Below, piece by piece: positions 1 through 9,411 of a DNA stretch of 64,000 nt. The position numbers and the translations under genes were made by a program. The notes beneath the pieces were generated by a model, which was given only the letters and a program-made list of their open reading frames with translations, did not search any database and was not told the origin of the DNA. Each line of letters begins with the position of its first letter. Within the stretch, counting starts at the first letter, position 1. Where the stretch lies: positions 7,337-71,336 of the forward strand of contig JAEZSE010000018.1 in assembly GCA_023421955.1 (NCBI GenBank), written 5' to 3'. This DNA comes from Bacillota bacterium. GTDB lineage: Bacteria; Bacillota; Clostridia; Christensenellales; UMGS416.

Positions 1-689
1 AAACCTGCAAAATCGATGTAGTGACGCCCGCCCACATCGAGGTCACAAACCTCGTCTTGTCCAATACATACCCCAAGCCCAACGAATCCGTTACCGCCAA
101 GGTTACCGTGAAAAACAGCGGTGATCTGGCCGGCAGCTATACTGTGGTCCTGAATGTGAACGGCGCAGACGAGCAACAGCAATCCGTTACCGTAGAACCA
201 GGGAGTACGCTGGATGTGTCATTCTCGCTGACCAAATCAAAAGCGGGCAGTTACACGATCAAGTCCGGCGACAGCACCAAATCAATGCGTGTAGTCGTGA
301 TCACCAGGCCGAAGAACGGCACGTTCCTGATCTCAAGCGTAAAAGCCACCAACACGAACAGCAGACTTGGGTATATGCAGCTGTATAACAACTACAAGGA
401 TAAGGACGTCATGTTTGTGCTGGCGAGGAGGGATAACCCAAAGGTTGCTGTACTGGCGGTATATGTGCGCGCTGGGCAGAACGTTATGCGCTTCTACGTA
501 AAGAACACAAGCGATTACATTGGCTACTATACCTGCGGCGGAAGTTTCGACTCTTCCTCCAGGCGATTCTTGTACAGCGCAGAGTATTATAAATATCCAG
601 ACAGCGTGGATTTTGACTATTACTGGTACACCTTCTATATGCCAAACAAGGGATACACCAAAATAGATGCAACCCAATTCCCGAAATAG
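1..689 (+). CDS. CARDB-like repeat surface protein, 5' end truncated by the window edge (paralog of the next gene)
   Basis: Reading frame is open from nt 3 to the window start, so the reported GTG at 21 is only the first start-like codon. The C-terminal ~120 aa align with the C-terminal domain of the 760..2109 product (VVVITRP...YVRAG...Y..GGS.DS motif). One CARDB-like beta-sandwich repeat is present. Confidence 0.5.
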   Translation, partial: TCKIDVVTPAHIEVTNLVLSNTYPKPNESVTAKVTVKNSGDLAGSYTVVLNVNGADEQQQSVTVEPGSTLDVSFSLTKSKAGSYTIKSGDSTKSMRVVVITRPKNGTFLISSVKATNTNSRLGYMQLYNNYKDKDVMFVLARRDNPKVAVLAVYVRAGQNVMRFYVKNTSDYIGYYTCGGSFDSSSRRFLYSAEYYKYPDSVDFDYYWYTFYMPNKGYTKIDATQFPK

Positions 690-759
690 GTATGATGTCA
701 ATGGCACTGCGCTGACCGCGTAGTGCCATTGCTCTAACTTCTGATCAAGGAGAGCAGGA

Positions 760-2109
760 TTGATGGTAACAAATTCACCAAAACAAAAGGGATTCTTTGC
801 AAAGAACTGGGGCTGGCTGCTGGCAGTGGGTCTGGTGCTTGGCTTGCTGATTCTGGCTGGATTGGGCACCGGCGCCTATTTTCTGCTGAGGAGCAATGTT
901 CAAGCCAATACCATTGCCATCTCGATGGATAAACCGGAACTGGGAAAGCCGTTTTCCGCAAAGGTTGAACTGGAAAACAAGGGGATCCTCAGTGCAAAAG
1001 ACTATCATGCCGTGTTGCTGGTGGACGGTGAGGAAATCGACACGGAAGACCTGACGCTGGAATCCAAGGATCCCCAGTCGGTCACCTTTGACATTAAGGG
1101 GCTTCCTGCCGGCAAACATAAGGCCAGCATTGGCGGTGTTGATAAGGAGTTTACTGTTTATCGCCCCGCCGAGCTGAAGCTGACAGGATTCACGCTGAGC
1201 GCAGAGAAGCTTATGGTTGGCGAATCGGTGAAGGTCACAGCGACGATAAAGAATATGGGTGAGCTCCCCGGGGAGTACAGCGGAGAACTGACGCTGGACG
1301 GCGGTAAACTGGAAGTGCTGAAGACCACCGTGGAGGCCGGCCAGGAGCAGGTGCTGGAAGCGGAGTTCACGATGGAGGAACGCGGCAATCACACCTTTGC
1401 GCTTGAAGGAGAAAACAAGGCTGTGACTGTGATCGCCCCGGCCAATGTGGAGGTGACGGGCCTCAAACTCTCCAAGACTTATCCGAAACCAAAGGAAGCC
1501 ATTACCGCCACAGTGACCGTGGAAAATGATGGAGACATGCCGGGCAAATACAAGGTGGTACTAAACATAAACGGCAAAGCCGCCCAGGAGAAGGAAGTCA
1601 CCGTGGAAGCCAACAGCACGCAGAGTGTGGTATTCAGGGTATCGCAGGCAAAAGCCGGCAGATACACCGTTGCCGTGGGGGGCTTCTCAGAATCCATGCG
1701 TGTGGTTGTCATCACAAGGCCGGCAAACGGCGCGCTCCTAGTGAAAAAGGTGAACAGCGGTTATGGACGCTTGACGTTGAAGAACGGCTACAGTGACAGC
1801 GATGCGATCTTCATCCTGGCAAGCACATCCAGCCCCAAAGTGCCTCTGCTCACTGTTTATGTGCGCGCAGGAGCCACGACACCCAAGATCAAGGTTAAGG
1901 ACGGAACCTACTTGGTATATTACTCCATCGGCGGCAGCTATGACTCGGCATCCAAGAAGTTTATTTCAGAACCGAAGTATGGCCGTTTTGAGGATTCAAT
2001 CAAGTTCACAACCACGCGAACAACCTATTCGGTGTGGACGGTATCAATCGGTGTATCCGGTGGCAACGCTGGCTCGATCGGGCTTGGAGAAGATGATTTC
2101 CCACAATGA
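760..2109 (+). CDS. membrane-anchored protein with three CARDB-like repeats and a conserved C-terminal domain
   Basis: RBS AGGAGAG before the ATG. N-terminal TM helix (WGWLLAVGLVLGLLILAGLG). Three ~110-aa repeats each ending in a GxY(T/K) strand. C-terminal domain is shared with the upstream paralog. Confidence 0.55.
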   Translation: MMVTNSPKQKGFFAKNWGWLLAVGLVLGLLILAGLGTGAYFLLRSNVQANTIAISMDKPELGKPFSAKVELENKGILSAKDYHAVLLVDGEEIDTEDLTLESKDPQSVTFDIKGLPAGKHKASIGGVDKEFTVYRPAELKLTGFTLSAEKLMVGESVKVTATIKNMGELPGEYSGELTLDGGKLEVLKTTVEAGQEQVLEAEFTMEERGNHTFALEGENKAVTVIAPANVEVTGLKLSKTYPKPKEAITATVTVENDGDMPGKYKVVLNINGKAAQEKEVTVEANSTQSVVFRVSQAKAGRYTVAVGGFSESMRVVVITRPANGALLVKKVNSGYGRLTLKNGYSDSDAIFILASTSSPKVPLLTVYVRAGATTPKIKVKDGTYLVYYSIGGSYDSASKKFISEPKYGRFEDSIKFTTTRTTYSVWTVSIGVSGGNAGSIGLGEDDFPQ

Positions 2110-2146
2110 GATATCAACATCGATGACCTGAACAAAATGGAGTCAA

Positions 2147-2187
2147 CAAGCCTTCCGCTTCAAGGGCAACGGAAGGCTTGTTTTATT
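2147..2187 (+). terminator. rho-independent terminator
   Basis: caagccttccg / cggaaggcttg stem followed by TTTTATT. Confidence 0.5.
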
Positions 2188-2398
2188 CGCCGTGAATACA
2201 TGAGATATGTAACATTACCGCAATAATTCTATAGGTTCTTTGTGCTAAAGGCACAATTTATACAAAGTTATTTCTGTTATTCTTATAAAGGCAATTTCCA
2301 GAATAGTGTAATATAATTGATTGCGGTTATGGATATTGTTGTGCCAATGACAATTCATAATGGTTGATTTATGAAATAAACAGCAAAGGCAGTTACTC

Positions 2399-3889
2399 AT
2401 GAAAGAATTTTTCACCAAGAAAAGAATCATCCTGGGCTCCATCGTGGTTGTTGTGCTTCTGTTGATTGGCGGTGGCGTTTGGGCCGTCACAACCTGGCAT
2501 AACATCACCAACGATCAGATGGGGCTTTTCGACCAAACCCCCTCCCCAACCGAAGATACGATTACTGACGAACCAACGGAGGATCCGACCAACGACCTCA
2601 CAGAGGAACCGACGGAGGAACTCACCGAGGAGCCAACAGAGGAACCCACAGAGGAACCGACACCAACACCTACGCTCAGCCCCTACGACGAGCTGGCAAG
2701 CCAGGCTGACAGCTCCATCATGAAAGATACTCTCAATGTGCTGCTGATTGGCGTGGATTATTCCACGGAGCGTGTAGGCAACACCAAGCAATACGTAAAC
2801 AAGGACTTTAACTCTGACGTGATGCTGGTGCTGGCCATAAACTTTAAGCAGAAAAAGGTGGATATGATCTCCCTGCCGAGAGACAGTTATGCAAAAATCG
2901 CCAACTTGACCGGTGTGTACAAAATGAACTTCGCGCTCGAAGCCGGCGGTGGCATGAATAACAAAGGGTTTATGAACGTGTGCAAGAGCGCCCAGGTGAT
3001 GCTCGGCAACATCCCTGTGAACTACTACATCGCAGTGACTATGCCGGTGGTAAAAGAACTCACCGACGCAATCGGCGGTGTGGATTATGATATGGACATC
3101 GACTTTTCCATTCAAGGCCGGCATTATAAAAAGGGAAAGCAGCACATGAACGGGCAGGGTGTGCTGGACTATTGTCGCATCCGCAAGGGTGACATCAAAT
3201 CCTCAGAAGCTGGTGACCTGCACCGTGTGGACCGTCAGAAAAGGATGTTGCTGACCGTTTTTAAAAAACTGCAAAATGAATCAACAATACTTGATGTGCC
3301 CAAGATGCTGCTGTCAATGCAGGGTAAGGTGTTCACCAACATGAACTTTGAACAGCTTGCCGCCCTTGCCGTGTTCGGCAAGGATCTGGATCAGAAAAAG
3401 ATCACGCTGCGCACGATGCCCGGCTCCTATAACTATGGCATTTTCAACCGTAACTATGTGATCATCGACCAGGCAAAGCGCGTGAAGCTGATCAAGGATG
3501 TCTACGGCGTGACCGTGAAGCAGCAAAGCAAGTACTCAGCCGCCAATGCAAGGATGTATTGGGCATGGCTGCAAGGCGAGGCGTGGATCGAGGAAATCAA
3601 GAGCATCATGACCGCAGATGCGAAACTGACGGCCGATAAGAAAAAGCTGAACAATCAAACCTATATTGACCGCACAAATGCGGCAATGGCAACGCTGCAA
3701 TCCAAGCTGAAGAAATACACCTCCAAAGCCAAGGGATCAGGCGGTGTCAAGATGTCAGAGACGGAAGACCTGGAGGCGGCGCTGAAGAACTTCTATGACA
3801 ACGCCTACATGATGTGTTACAAAGCCGGTATCCGGGCTGACTGGGATGTGGCCGTCTACACCAGGGGCGAGCCGCGCATGAAGGAATAG
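2399..3889 (+). CDS. LytR-CpsA-Psr (LCP) family cell-wall polymer transferase
   Basis: N-terminal TM helix and an acidic TEEPTEE linker. LCP core: LNVLLIGVDYS, DVMLVLAINFKQKKVDMISLPRDSY, EAGGG. Confidence 0.85.
   Translation: MKEFFTKKRIILGSIVVVVLLLIGGGVWAVTTWHNITNDQMGLFDQTPSPTEDTITDEPTEDPTNDLTEEPTEELTEEPTEEPTEEPTPTPTLSPYDELASQADSSIMKDTLNVLLIGVDYSTERVGNTKQYVNKDFNSDVMLVLAINFKQKKVDMISLPRDSYAKIANLTGVYKMNFALEAGGGMNNKGFMNVCKSAQVMLGNIPVNYYIAVTMPVVKELTDAIGGVDYDMDIDFSIQGRHYKKGKQHMNGQGVLDYCRIRKGDIKSSEAGDLHRVDRQKRMLLTVFKKLQNESTILDVPKMLLSMQGKVFTNMNFEQLAALAVFGKDLDQKKITLRTMPGSYNYGIFNRNYVIIDQAKRVKLIKDVYGVTVKQQSKYSAANARMYWAWLQGEAWIEEIKSIMTADAKLTADKKKLNNQTYIDRTNAAMATLQSKLKKYTSKAKGSGGVKMSETEDLEAALKNFYDNAYMMCYKAGIRADWDVAVYTRGEPRMKE
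2567..2680 (+). repeat. imperfect tandem nucleotide repeat encoding the (T)EEPTEE linker
   Basis: Repeated gaggaaccgac(a/g) units inside the LCP coding sequence. Confidence 0.45.
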
Positions 3890-4130
3890 TCGGAGAAATT
3901 TCAGGATTCAACGAATACATAGCACTCAACAGCCCCCATGGACTCGCGCCGTGGGGGTTCTTCATATGCCGATGTGGTCATGTCATCAACTTGCTGCTGA
4001 TTATGGTTCAATCCTTGTGATCTTTGGCTCAAGCCACATTTACCACAAAAAGATCTAAGCCCTCAGAAAGATATGTCATCCCCGCATTGCACCGTCCAGC
4101 GCAAGGCATACTATTGTCGGTGATGGTAAT

Positions 4131-4808
4131 ATGATTGAGCTTGCGGATGTCTACAAGACCTATAACATGGGCGGAGAAAAAATCAACGCACTGGACGGTG
4201 TGAACCTACGGATTGACAAAGGGGAGTTTGTGGCGATCATCGGGCCTTCGGGAAGCGGGAAATCCACACTGATGAACGTAATCGGATGCCTGGACAGCCC
4301 GTCTACAGGGCGCTACCTGCTGGGCGGCAGAGAGGTCTCCAGCTTGAGCGGAGACGCCCTGGCTGACGTGCGCAGTCGGGAACTGGGTTTTGTGTTTCAG
4401 GGTTTCAACCTGCTGCACAAACTGGACGCGCTGCACAATGTGGAATTGCCGCTGGTCTACCAAAACGTGAGTTGGGAGGAGCGAAGGGATCGGGCTACGG
4501 CAGCACTCACACGAATGGGCTTGGCTTCACGGCTGCATCACAAGCCCAGCCAGCTTTCCGGCGGGCAGCAGCAGCGGGTTGCCATCGCCCGGGCGCTGGT
4601 CACCGAACCCTCCCTCATCCTGGCTGATGAACCCACAGGCAATCTGGACAGCCACACCGGCATGGAAGTGCTTTGCCTTTTGAAAGCGCTGCATCGGCAG
4701 GGCAACACCGTGGTGTTGATCACCCATGACCGCAGCGTGGCCGACGCCGCGTGCCGCCGTGTGACCATACAGGACGGCAGGATCGTGGGGGACGAGAAGG
4801 TTTCTTAG
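4131..4808 (+). CDS. ABC transporter ATP-binding protein (MacB/LolD/FtsE-like), no adjacent permease
   Basis: Walker A GPSGSGKST, signature LSGGQQQRVAIARAL, Walker B ILADEPTGNLD, FVFQ.FNLL motif. Confidence 0.85.
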   Translation: MIELADVYKTYNMGGEKINALDGVNLRIDKGEFVAIIGPSGSGKSTLMNVIGCLDSPSTGRYLLGGREVSSLSGDALADVRSRELGFVFQGFNLLHKLDALHNVELPLVYQNVSWEERRDRATAALTRMGLASRLHHKPSQLSGGQQQRVAIARALVTEPSLILADEPTGNLDSHTGMEVLCLLKALHRQGNTVVLITHDRSVADAACRRVTIQDGRIVGDEKVS

Positions 4809-4843
4809 CCCATCAGCAAAGGCATACCGAACAATTGTTGAAA

Positions 4844-4872
4844 GGGGGCGCCAGCCAGGCGCCCCCTCTTTC
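4844..4872. terminator. bidirectional intrinsic terminator
   Basis: gggggcgcc / gcgccccc stem followed by a T-tract. Confidence 0.5.
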
Positions 4873-5808
4873 TTACTTGATTGACACATTGATCTCAACC
4901 AAACCCGTGCTGATGTCATGCACCTCATAATCCGGCGTGCCAGCCAGCTCCAGACCTGATCCGGGAAGCCATACACCGTCGATGTAATCATAGGGGGACA
5001 TACCAATATCCTCGCCGTTCAATGTGTTTGCCTTGGGGTCATGGACGAAGACAGCATATTTGGCACGCGGGATTTCCTTTTTGGCCATGCCATCAAGAGG
5101 CACCCCTGAAGACTCCACACAGAACCAGTAAGTATAGGCAATGTCATCGTCATCCTTGCTCAAATCCTCCGGGAGGTAATCGTAGGCAGCATAAAAAAGA
5201 TGGGGGTTCACACGACCTGGGATGCCTTGGGCCATCTCGATAAACGCCTTTTGCGTTTTGGCGATCAAGCCTTGGCGTAGGTTGTCACCCTGTGTCATGC
5301 GCCGGGAAATGCCGGTTAAAGATTTGGGATCCTTTAAAACAATACTTGGGGTCATAATTGGTTCTCCTTCTTTCCTCATACGGATGATGTTGATTTTCTC
5401 GAAGAGACATGGTTGTGCGCCGCACTTACGAAACTCAGAGGGCGGCTGCCCCCAGGCAGCCCGAAATGCCCGCGTGAATGCTTCGTGGGATTCAAAGCCA
5501 TAAGCCAGGGCGATCGTGAGGATATCGTCGCGCGCCGTCATCAGATCGACCATCGCCTGGCTCAACCGCCTTCTTCGCAGGTAGCCCGCTGCGGAACACC
5601 CGGCCACCACTGTAAACACACGGTGGAATTGAGCAACAGAGTATCCGGCCCGAGATGCAATCTGCTCCAGCGTAATGTCGCCTTTCAAGTTGGCTTCCAT
5701 AAATTCAATTGCTTTCTGGAGGTTATCATAGGTTCCCATGGCGCATTCCCTCTCTTCGGCCATATCATACCGCATGGGGAAGCTTGCCCGCTTGATTTTT
5801 TTCATCAT
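4873..5808 (-). CDS. AraC-family regulator with a GyrI-like effector-binding domain
   Basis: N-terminal AraC HTH (ITLEQIASRAGYSVAQFHRVF...) and a C-terminal GyrI-like fold. Confidence 0.75.
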   Translation of the reverse strand: MMKKIKRASFPMRYDMAEERECAMGTYDNLQKAIEFMEANLKGDITLEQIASRAGYSVAQFHRVFTVVAGCSAAGYLRRRRLSQAMVDLMTARDDILTIALAYGFESHEAFTRAFRAAWGQPPSEFRKCGAQPCLFEKINIIRMRKEGEPIMTPSIVLKDPKSLTGISRRMTQGDNLRQGLIAKTQKAFIEMAQGIPGRVNPHLFYAAYDYLPEDLSKDDDDIAYTYWFCVESSGVPLDGMAKKEIPRAKYAVFVHDPKANTLNGEDIGMSPYDYIDGVWLPGSGLELAGTPDYEVHDISTGLVEINVSIK

Positions 5809-5892
5809 CTTCTATACAGCAGCTGCAAAGACCCAGGGCAAGAGCCATTGTATTCATCGCTGCCCCGGCATATACTGGTAGCAGCATGAGCA

Positions 5893-6678
5893 TTGGTGGA
5901 TAAAGCAATGAAACGACCGACGATCAGCCCCATTGATAACCCGCTTGCCCGTGAATTCCTGCTGGAAGGCGACCGGCGTGGCATACTGCTAATCCATGGC
6001 TTCACCGCCACACCCTCGCAAATGCGCCCGCTGGGCGAGGCGTTGCATCGGGAGGGCTACACGGTGCTGGGCGTGCTGCTGCCAGGGCACGGCACCACAG
6101 TGGAAGACATGGAGAGGCAAAACTGGTCTGTCTGGCTGAAAGCCTGCCGCGACAGCTTCAACACATTGGCCAAGCGTTGTAACGAGATCTCCGTGGCCGG
6201 CCTTTCCATGGGCGGCATCCTGGCGCTGATCCTGGCCAGCGAGTTGCCGGTAAAGGCTGCCGTCTCCATTGCAGCACCCTTGCGCCTGCAAAACATCCTG
6301 GCAAAGTACTCCTGGCTGCTTGGCGTGTTTGTGCGCTATCAGGGCTGGCCGGAGGATCCGGAAAAAGATACAAAAGAGCGGGAAAACGCTTATCACATTG
6401 GGTACCCCGTCACACCTGTGCGCAAGGTGCCAGATCTGCTTCGGCTGGCACACATGGCCGAACGGGGTCTGCCCGCCATTCGTTGCCCACTGCTGGTTGT
6501 GCAGCCAAGAAAAGATGACACCGTGCGGCTGGATAGCCCCGATCTGATCCTGAAAGGGGCGGTCAATTCACCATATAGAAAGATGTTATGGCTGGAAAAC
6601 TCCCGGCATGTGTGCACCGTGGAGCCGGAGTTTGATCTATTGTTTGGCGAAATCAGCGAGTTCTTGCGGGATTCATGA
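5893..6678 (+). CDS. alpha/beta hydrolase (carboxylesterase / lysophospholipase-like)
   Basis: HGFT oxyanion region and GLSMGG nucleophile elbow; ~260 aa. Confidence 0.7.
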   Translation: MVDKAMKRPTISPIDNPLAREFLLEGDRRGILLIHGFTATPSQMRPLGEALHREGYTVLGVLLPGHGTTVEDMERQNWSVWLKACRDSFNTLAKRCNEISVAGLSMGGILALILASELPVKAAVSIAAPLRLQNILAKYSWLLGVFVRYQGWPEDPEKDTKERENAYHIGYPVTPVRKVPDLLRLAHMAERGLPAIRCPLLVVQPRKDDTVRLDSPDLILKGAVNSPYRKMLWLENSRHVCTVEPEFDLLFGEISEFLRDS

Positions 6679-6693
6679 GAAGATGGGAGCCCT

Positions 6694-7452
6694 TCACCCC
6701 ATCTTCTCTTTCAGCTTCCGCACTTGTTCCAGGATCTTCGGGATGCTTTCTTCCATCATATCACGATAGAAACCCTCATACTCATAGGTCAGCGCTTCGA
6801 TGGATTTACTGGCAATATCGCCGGCATATTTCTTCAGAAGGTCAAAGCTCTTTTCATAGGCGTGAAAGGAATGGGCCGTGTGTGTATAGGTGCCCACGGC
6901 CACGCCCAGATCATTCGCAATCTTGCACTGCAAAGAAATGAATGCGAAGGCGTTCATAAAAGCAGCTTGCACAGCATCATTGCTGCGCATCATCACCATC
7001 ATATGAAGCGCCCCATCGCGGATCATGAACTGCATTGACTGCAGGCAAGCCGGGTGTTCGTTGTTGCTGTCAACCTCAAAATCCCGGATGTTCATCACGG
7101 CCCGGCGGGAAAAGGGATTGCGCCTGAGCTCATCATAAAGGAAGGGCAATTGCCGTGCAAAGCGGTCATGGTAGGTGTATTCCCAGCAGCTGCCCTCACC
7201 GATCTTAAAGTCCAAGATGCCATCGAGGATCTCCATTTTGTATTGCTGCAATTCATAATGGCCACCGCAAAATAACCGGCTGACCATGGGCTCAGCGGCA
7301 GCCTGCTCCACAAAGAAGGTCATACCGGTTTCCTTCATTGTGGTGTTATAATCCGGGCATGGCAGCACATCGCCTTGCTCTTCCAGGATCGTCAGGGCTT
7401 GGTGGTATGCCTCCGGTAGTGTTTTGCCACGGGCATAAAAATGCTGGTGCAT
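6694..7452 (-). CDS. divergent thymidylate synthase-family protein (TS fold, dUMP-type Asn retained)
   Basis: Start chosen at MHQHF, 8 nt after GGGAGGG. Aligns to the ThyA core: SRRAVMN, HPACLQSMQF (PCH..FQFYV region, Cys retained), RSNDAVQAAFMNAFAF (RS.D...FN.ASY). Otherwise very divergent from canonical ThyA. Confidence 0.6.
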   Translation of the reverse strand: MHQHFYARGKTLPEAYHQALTILEEQGDVLPCPDYNTTMKETGMTFFVEQAAAEPMVSRLFCGGHYELQQYKMEILDGILDFKIGEGSCWEYTYHDRFARQLPFLYDELRRNPFSRRAVMNIRDFEVDSNNEHPACLQSMQFMIRDGALHMMVMMRSNDAVQAAFMNAFAFISLQCKIANDLGVAVGTYTHTAHSFHAYEKSFDLLKKYAGDIASKSIEALTYEYEGFYRDMMEESIPKILEQVRKLKEKMG

Positions 7453-7533
7453 GGTCAATTTCCCTCCCCTGTGCAATCTGTGGTATGGGCTCATTCTATC
7501 AGAATTTCGGTGAACATCCAATGTTCGGAACAC

Positions 7534-7574
7534 AAAAAACGCCCCTCATCAGGAAGAATCCCAATGAGGGGCGT
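7534..7574 (-). terminator. rho-independent terminator for the L,D-transpeptidase gene
   Basis: acgcccctcat / atgaggggcgt 11-bp stem with a U-tract on the minus strand. Confidence 0.6.
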
Positions 7575-7583
7575 TTGCTCTTG

Positions 7584-9098
7584 CTATTCGATCACCATCA
7601 CCGAGCCGGACCCGACCTTGAACCACTGCCACATAAACTTGGCGTGGCTGGAGTAATTGCGCACGCACATGTGCGATTCTGGCCGGACACCCAGGAAAGT
7701 ACCGTAGCTCTCACTGACAAGCGACCCCGGCATCACCAACTTGCTTTCACCGGTGACAGGGTCTGTGGTGTAGGAAACACCCCTGGGGAGGCCATGCAGG
7801 TAAGCCCCGCCGGTGAAGCGCACGGCATACGGAGCATACCCTTCGAACTTCATTTCTCCAGCGACGGGATCATACCCATCGGCCAGATACCAGAACTCGC
7901 CGATGCCGTATTTACCCGCCTTTTTCTTTTCAATGGCCATAAAGTCACCCACAGGCGTGGGGTCGGAATAACCGCCGGTTTTCCCGGTGGAAACAAAGCA
8001 GAAGGACACAATCGCCCAGTGACCGTTGATAAACTCAAAGGTCATGATGTTCTGGTTTTTGCGGTCCACCACCGCCACCTGGGTCAGCGACTTGATCTGG
8101 TCGGTTTTGGTGCCATAGATAAACCTTGAGGGGATGTAGCGCACCTCATCAAATGACGGGATATACACCTGCATAAAGTCGCCTTTGGTGCCGAGCATCT
8201 GGCAAATTGTGCCGTCCGGAGCGTAACGAAATGAGGAGTTTTTGTCCGCTGCCAGATAGGCCGGTGCCGCCTGGTCACGGAGATTGCCGAAGGAGTCAAC
8301 ATCCTTCTTGTTTGGCATCAGCGGCGGCTTTCCATTCCTGTTTTTATAATTGCTCACGCGCACGGTGCCTTCCTGATCGGTCACCTTTTTCAACGCTTGA
8401 ATCCGGTCGAATGCCTTCTTGACCTGAAAAGACTTAGGCGTGCCAGCCAATGCCGGGATGTAGCCCACGGCACCGCCGTCAGCGACACGCACACGGTACC
8501 AGTCAGACTTGCCGTCAGACCCCTTCACCTGGGCGAGCAGCTCATATCGCTGCGCAAGCTTGACGCTTTTCAAAGACCTCGCACCAGTACTGGGAAGTGC
8601 GCGGATGGCGGAGGATTTCAACACCACAAAGTAATTGAGGTATGCCGGATACTTGGTATATTTCAAAGACTTTTTCAGCCCCTCAGGCAGTGTGGTTGTG
8701 AAATATCTGGTCACCTTCACGTCGGAGCGGTCCCCATCATTCCACGGACCTTTCGGCACCGGCGTGGCGGTGGGTGCGGGCGTGGGTGTCGGCTTCGGCG
8801 TCGGGATAGGTGTTGGCTCCTCAGTGGGGGCTACCGTGGGCGTCGGCTCCTCAGTGGGCGTCGGCTCCTCAGTAGGCGTTTCGGTCGCCTCTGGCGTAGC
8901 TGTAACATCAACCTCTGGAGTAGCGGAGGACTCCGCCGGCCTTGCCGAAGGACTTTCCGTTACGATGTCGCTGGTCTGTTGTGGCGGAGCGGTGGGCAGC
9001 TGGAAGCTGTCACATCCAGCCAATGGCAACACGGCAAAAGCCAAAGCGGTGAAGAGGAGTATTGTTTGCTTCATGCTTCTTAATAACTTCATTTGCAT
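7584..9098 (-). CDS. lipoprotein with a YkuD-type L,D-transpeptidase domain and a Pro/Thr-rich linker
   Basis: Lipobox LPLAGC, long PT-rich linker, C-terminal YkuD domain containing the ...SHMCVRN... region. Confidence 0.7.
   Translation of the reverse strand: MQMKLLRSMKQTILLFTALAFAVLPLAGCDSFQLPTAPPQQTSDIVTESPSARPAESSATPEVDVTATPEATETPTEEPTPTEEPTPTVAPTEEPTPIPTPKPTPTPAPTATPVPKGPWNDGDRSDVKVTRYFTTTLPEGLKKSLKYTKYPAYLNYFVVLKSSAIRALPSTGARSLKSVKLAQRYELLAQVKGSDGKSDWYRVRVADGGAVGYIPALAGTPKSFQVKKAFDRIQALKKVTDQEGTVRVSNYKNRNGKPPLMPNKKDVDSFGNLRDQAAPAYLAADKNSSFRYAPDGTICQMLGTKGDFMQVYIPSFDEVRYIPSRFIYGTKTDQIKSLTQVAVVDRKNQNIMTFEFINGHWAIVSFCFVSTGKTGGYSDPTPVGDFMAIEKKKAGKYGIGEFWYLADGYDPVAGEMKFEGYAPYAVRFTGGAYLHGLPRGVSYTTDPVTGESKLVMPGSLVSESYGTFLGVRPESHMCVRNYSSHAKFMWQWFKVGSGSVMVIE
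8815..8880 (-). repeat. 18-nt tandem repeat (ggctcctcagtgggcgtc-like, ~3 copies) encoding TEEPTPT linker units
   Basis: Direct repeats visible within the Ldt linker coding region. Confidence 0.45.
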
Positions 9099-9411
9099 CC
9101 CCGGTCAGCAATGATTCGTGTATACGATCAAAATATATTCTAACACGGTTGGGCTTACCTGTGAATGCTGAAAAAGAGCGCTATTTAAATTTTACGCACA
9201 CTTTTCAATAAATGAGGACATCCGCATTTGGGCATCCACCTGTAATCGTCTATTGCTCAGACGGCAAAAGATGCCCGATGGTTCCCTCACTGCTCGTTTG
9301 CCCGAATCAATACTATGCCGCGCGAGTTTGCAAATCCGGGCTTTGGATATCATATGAATATGATTCGTTTGCAACCTATGGCAGGATTCCGATTGATCCG
9401 GAGGTGATCGC

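Noticed and set aside
21-689. First ORF as a degraded pseudogene starting at GTG 21
   Set aside because: The frame is open all the way to the window edge, so the gene is simply truncated by the window rather than interrupted.
2560-8900. Repeat-rich stretches (TEEPTEE, PT linkers) as possible CRISPR or other non-coding repeat arrays
   Set aside because: The repeats lie inside long ORFs, keep the reading frame and encode low-complexity Pro/Thr/Glu linkers. There are no uniform spacers and no cas genes.
8397-9114. Long antisense ORFs (8397..9083, 8635..9114, and similar ones inside hgcA, yitJ, obg, the MCP and VanW genes)
   Set aside because: These are typical high-GC frame artefacts fully contained in well-supported genes on the other strand. 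They have no RBS and no recognisable domains.
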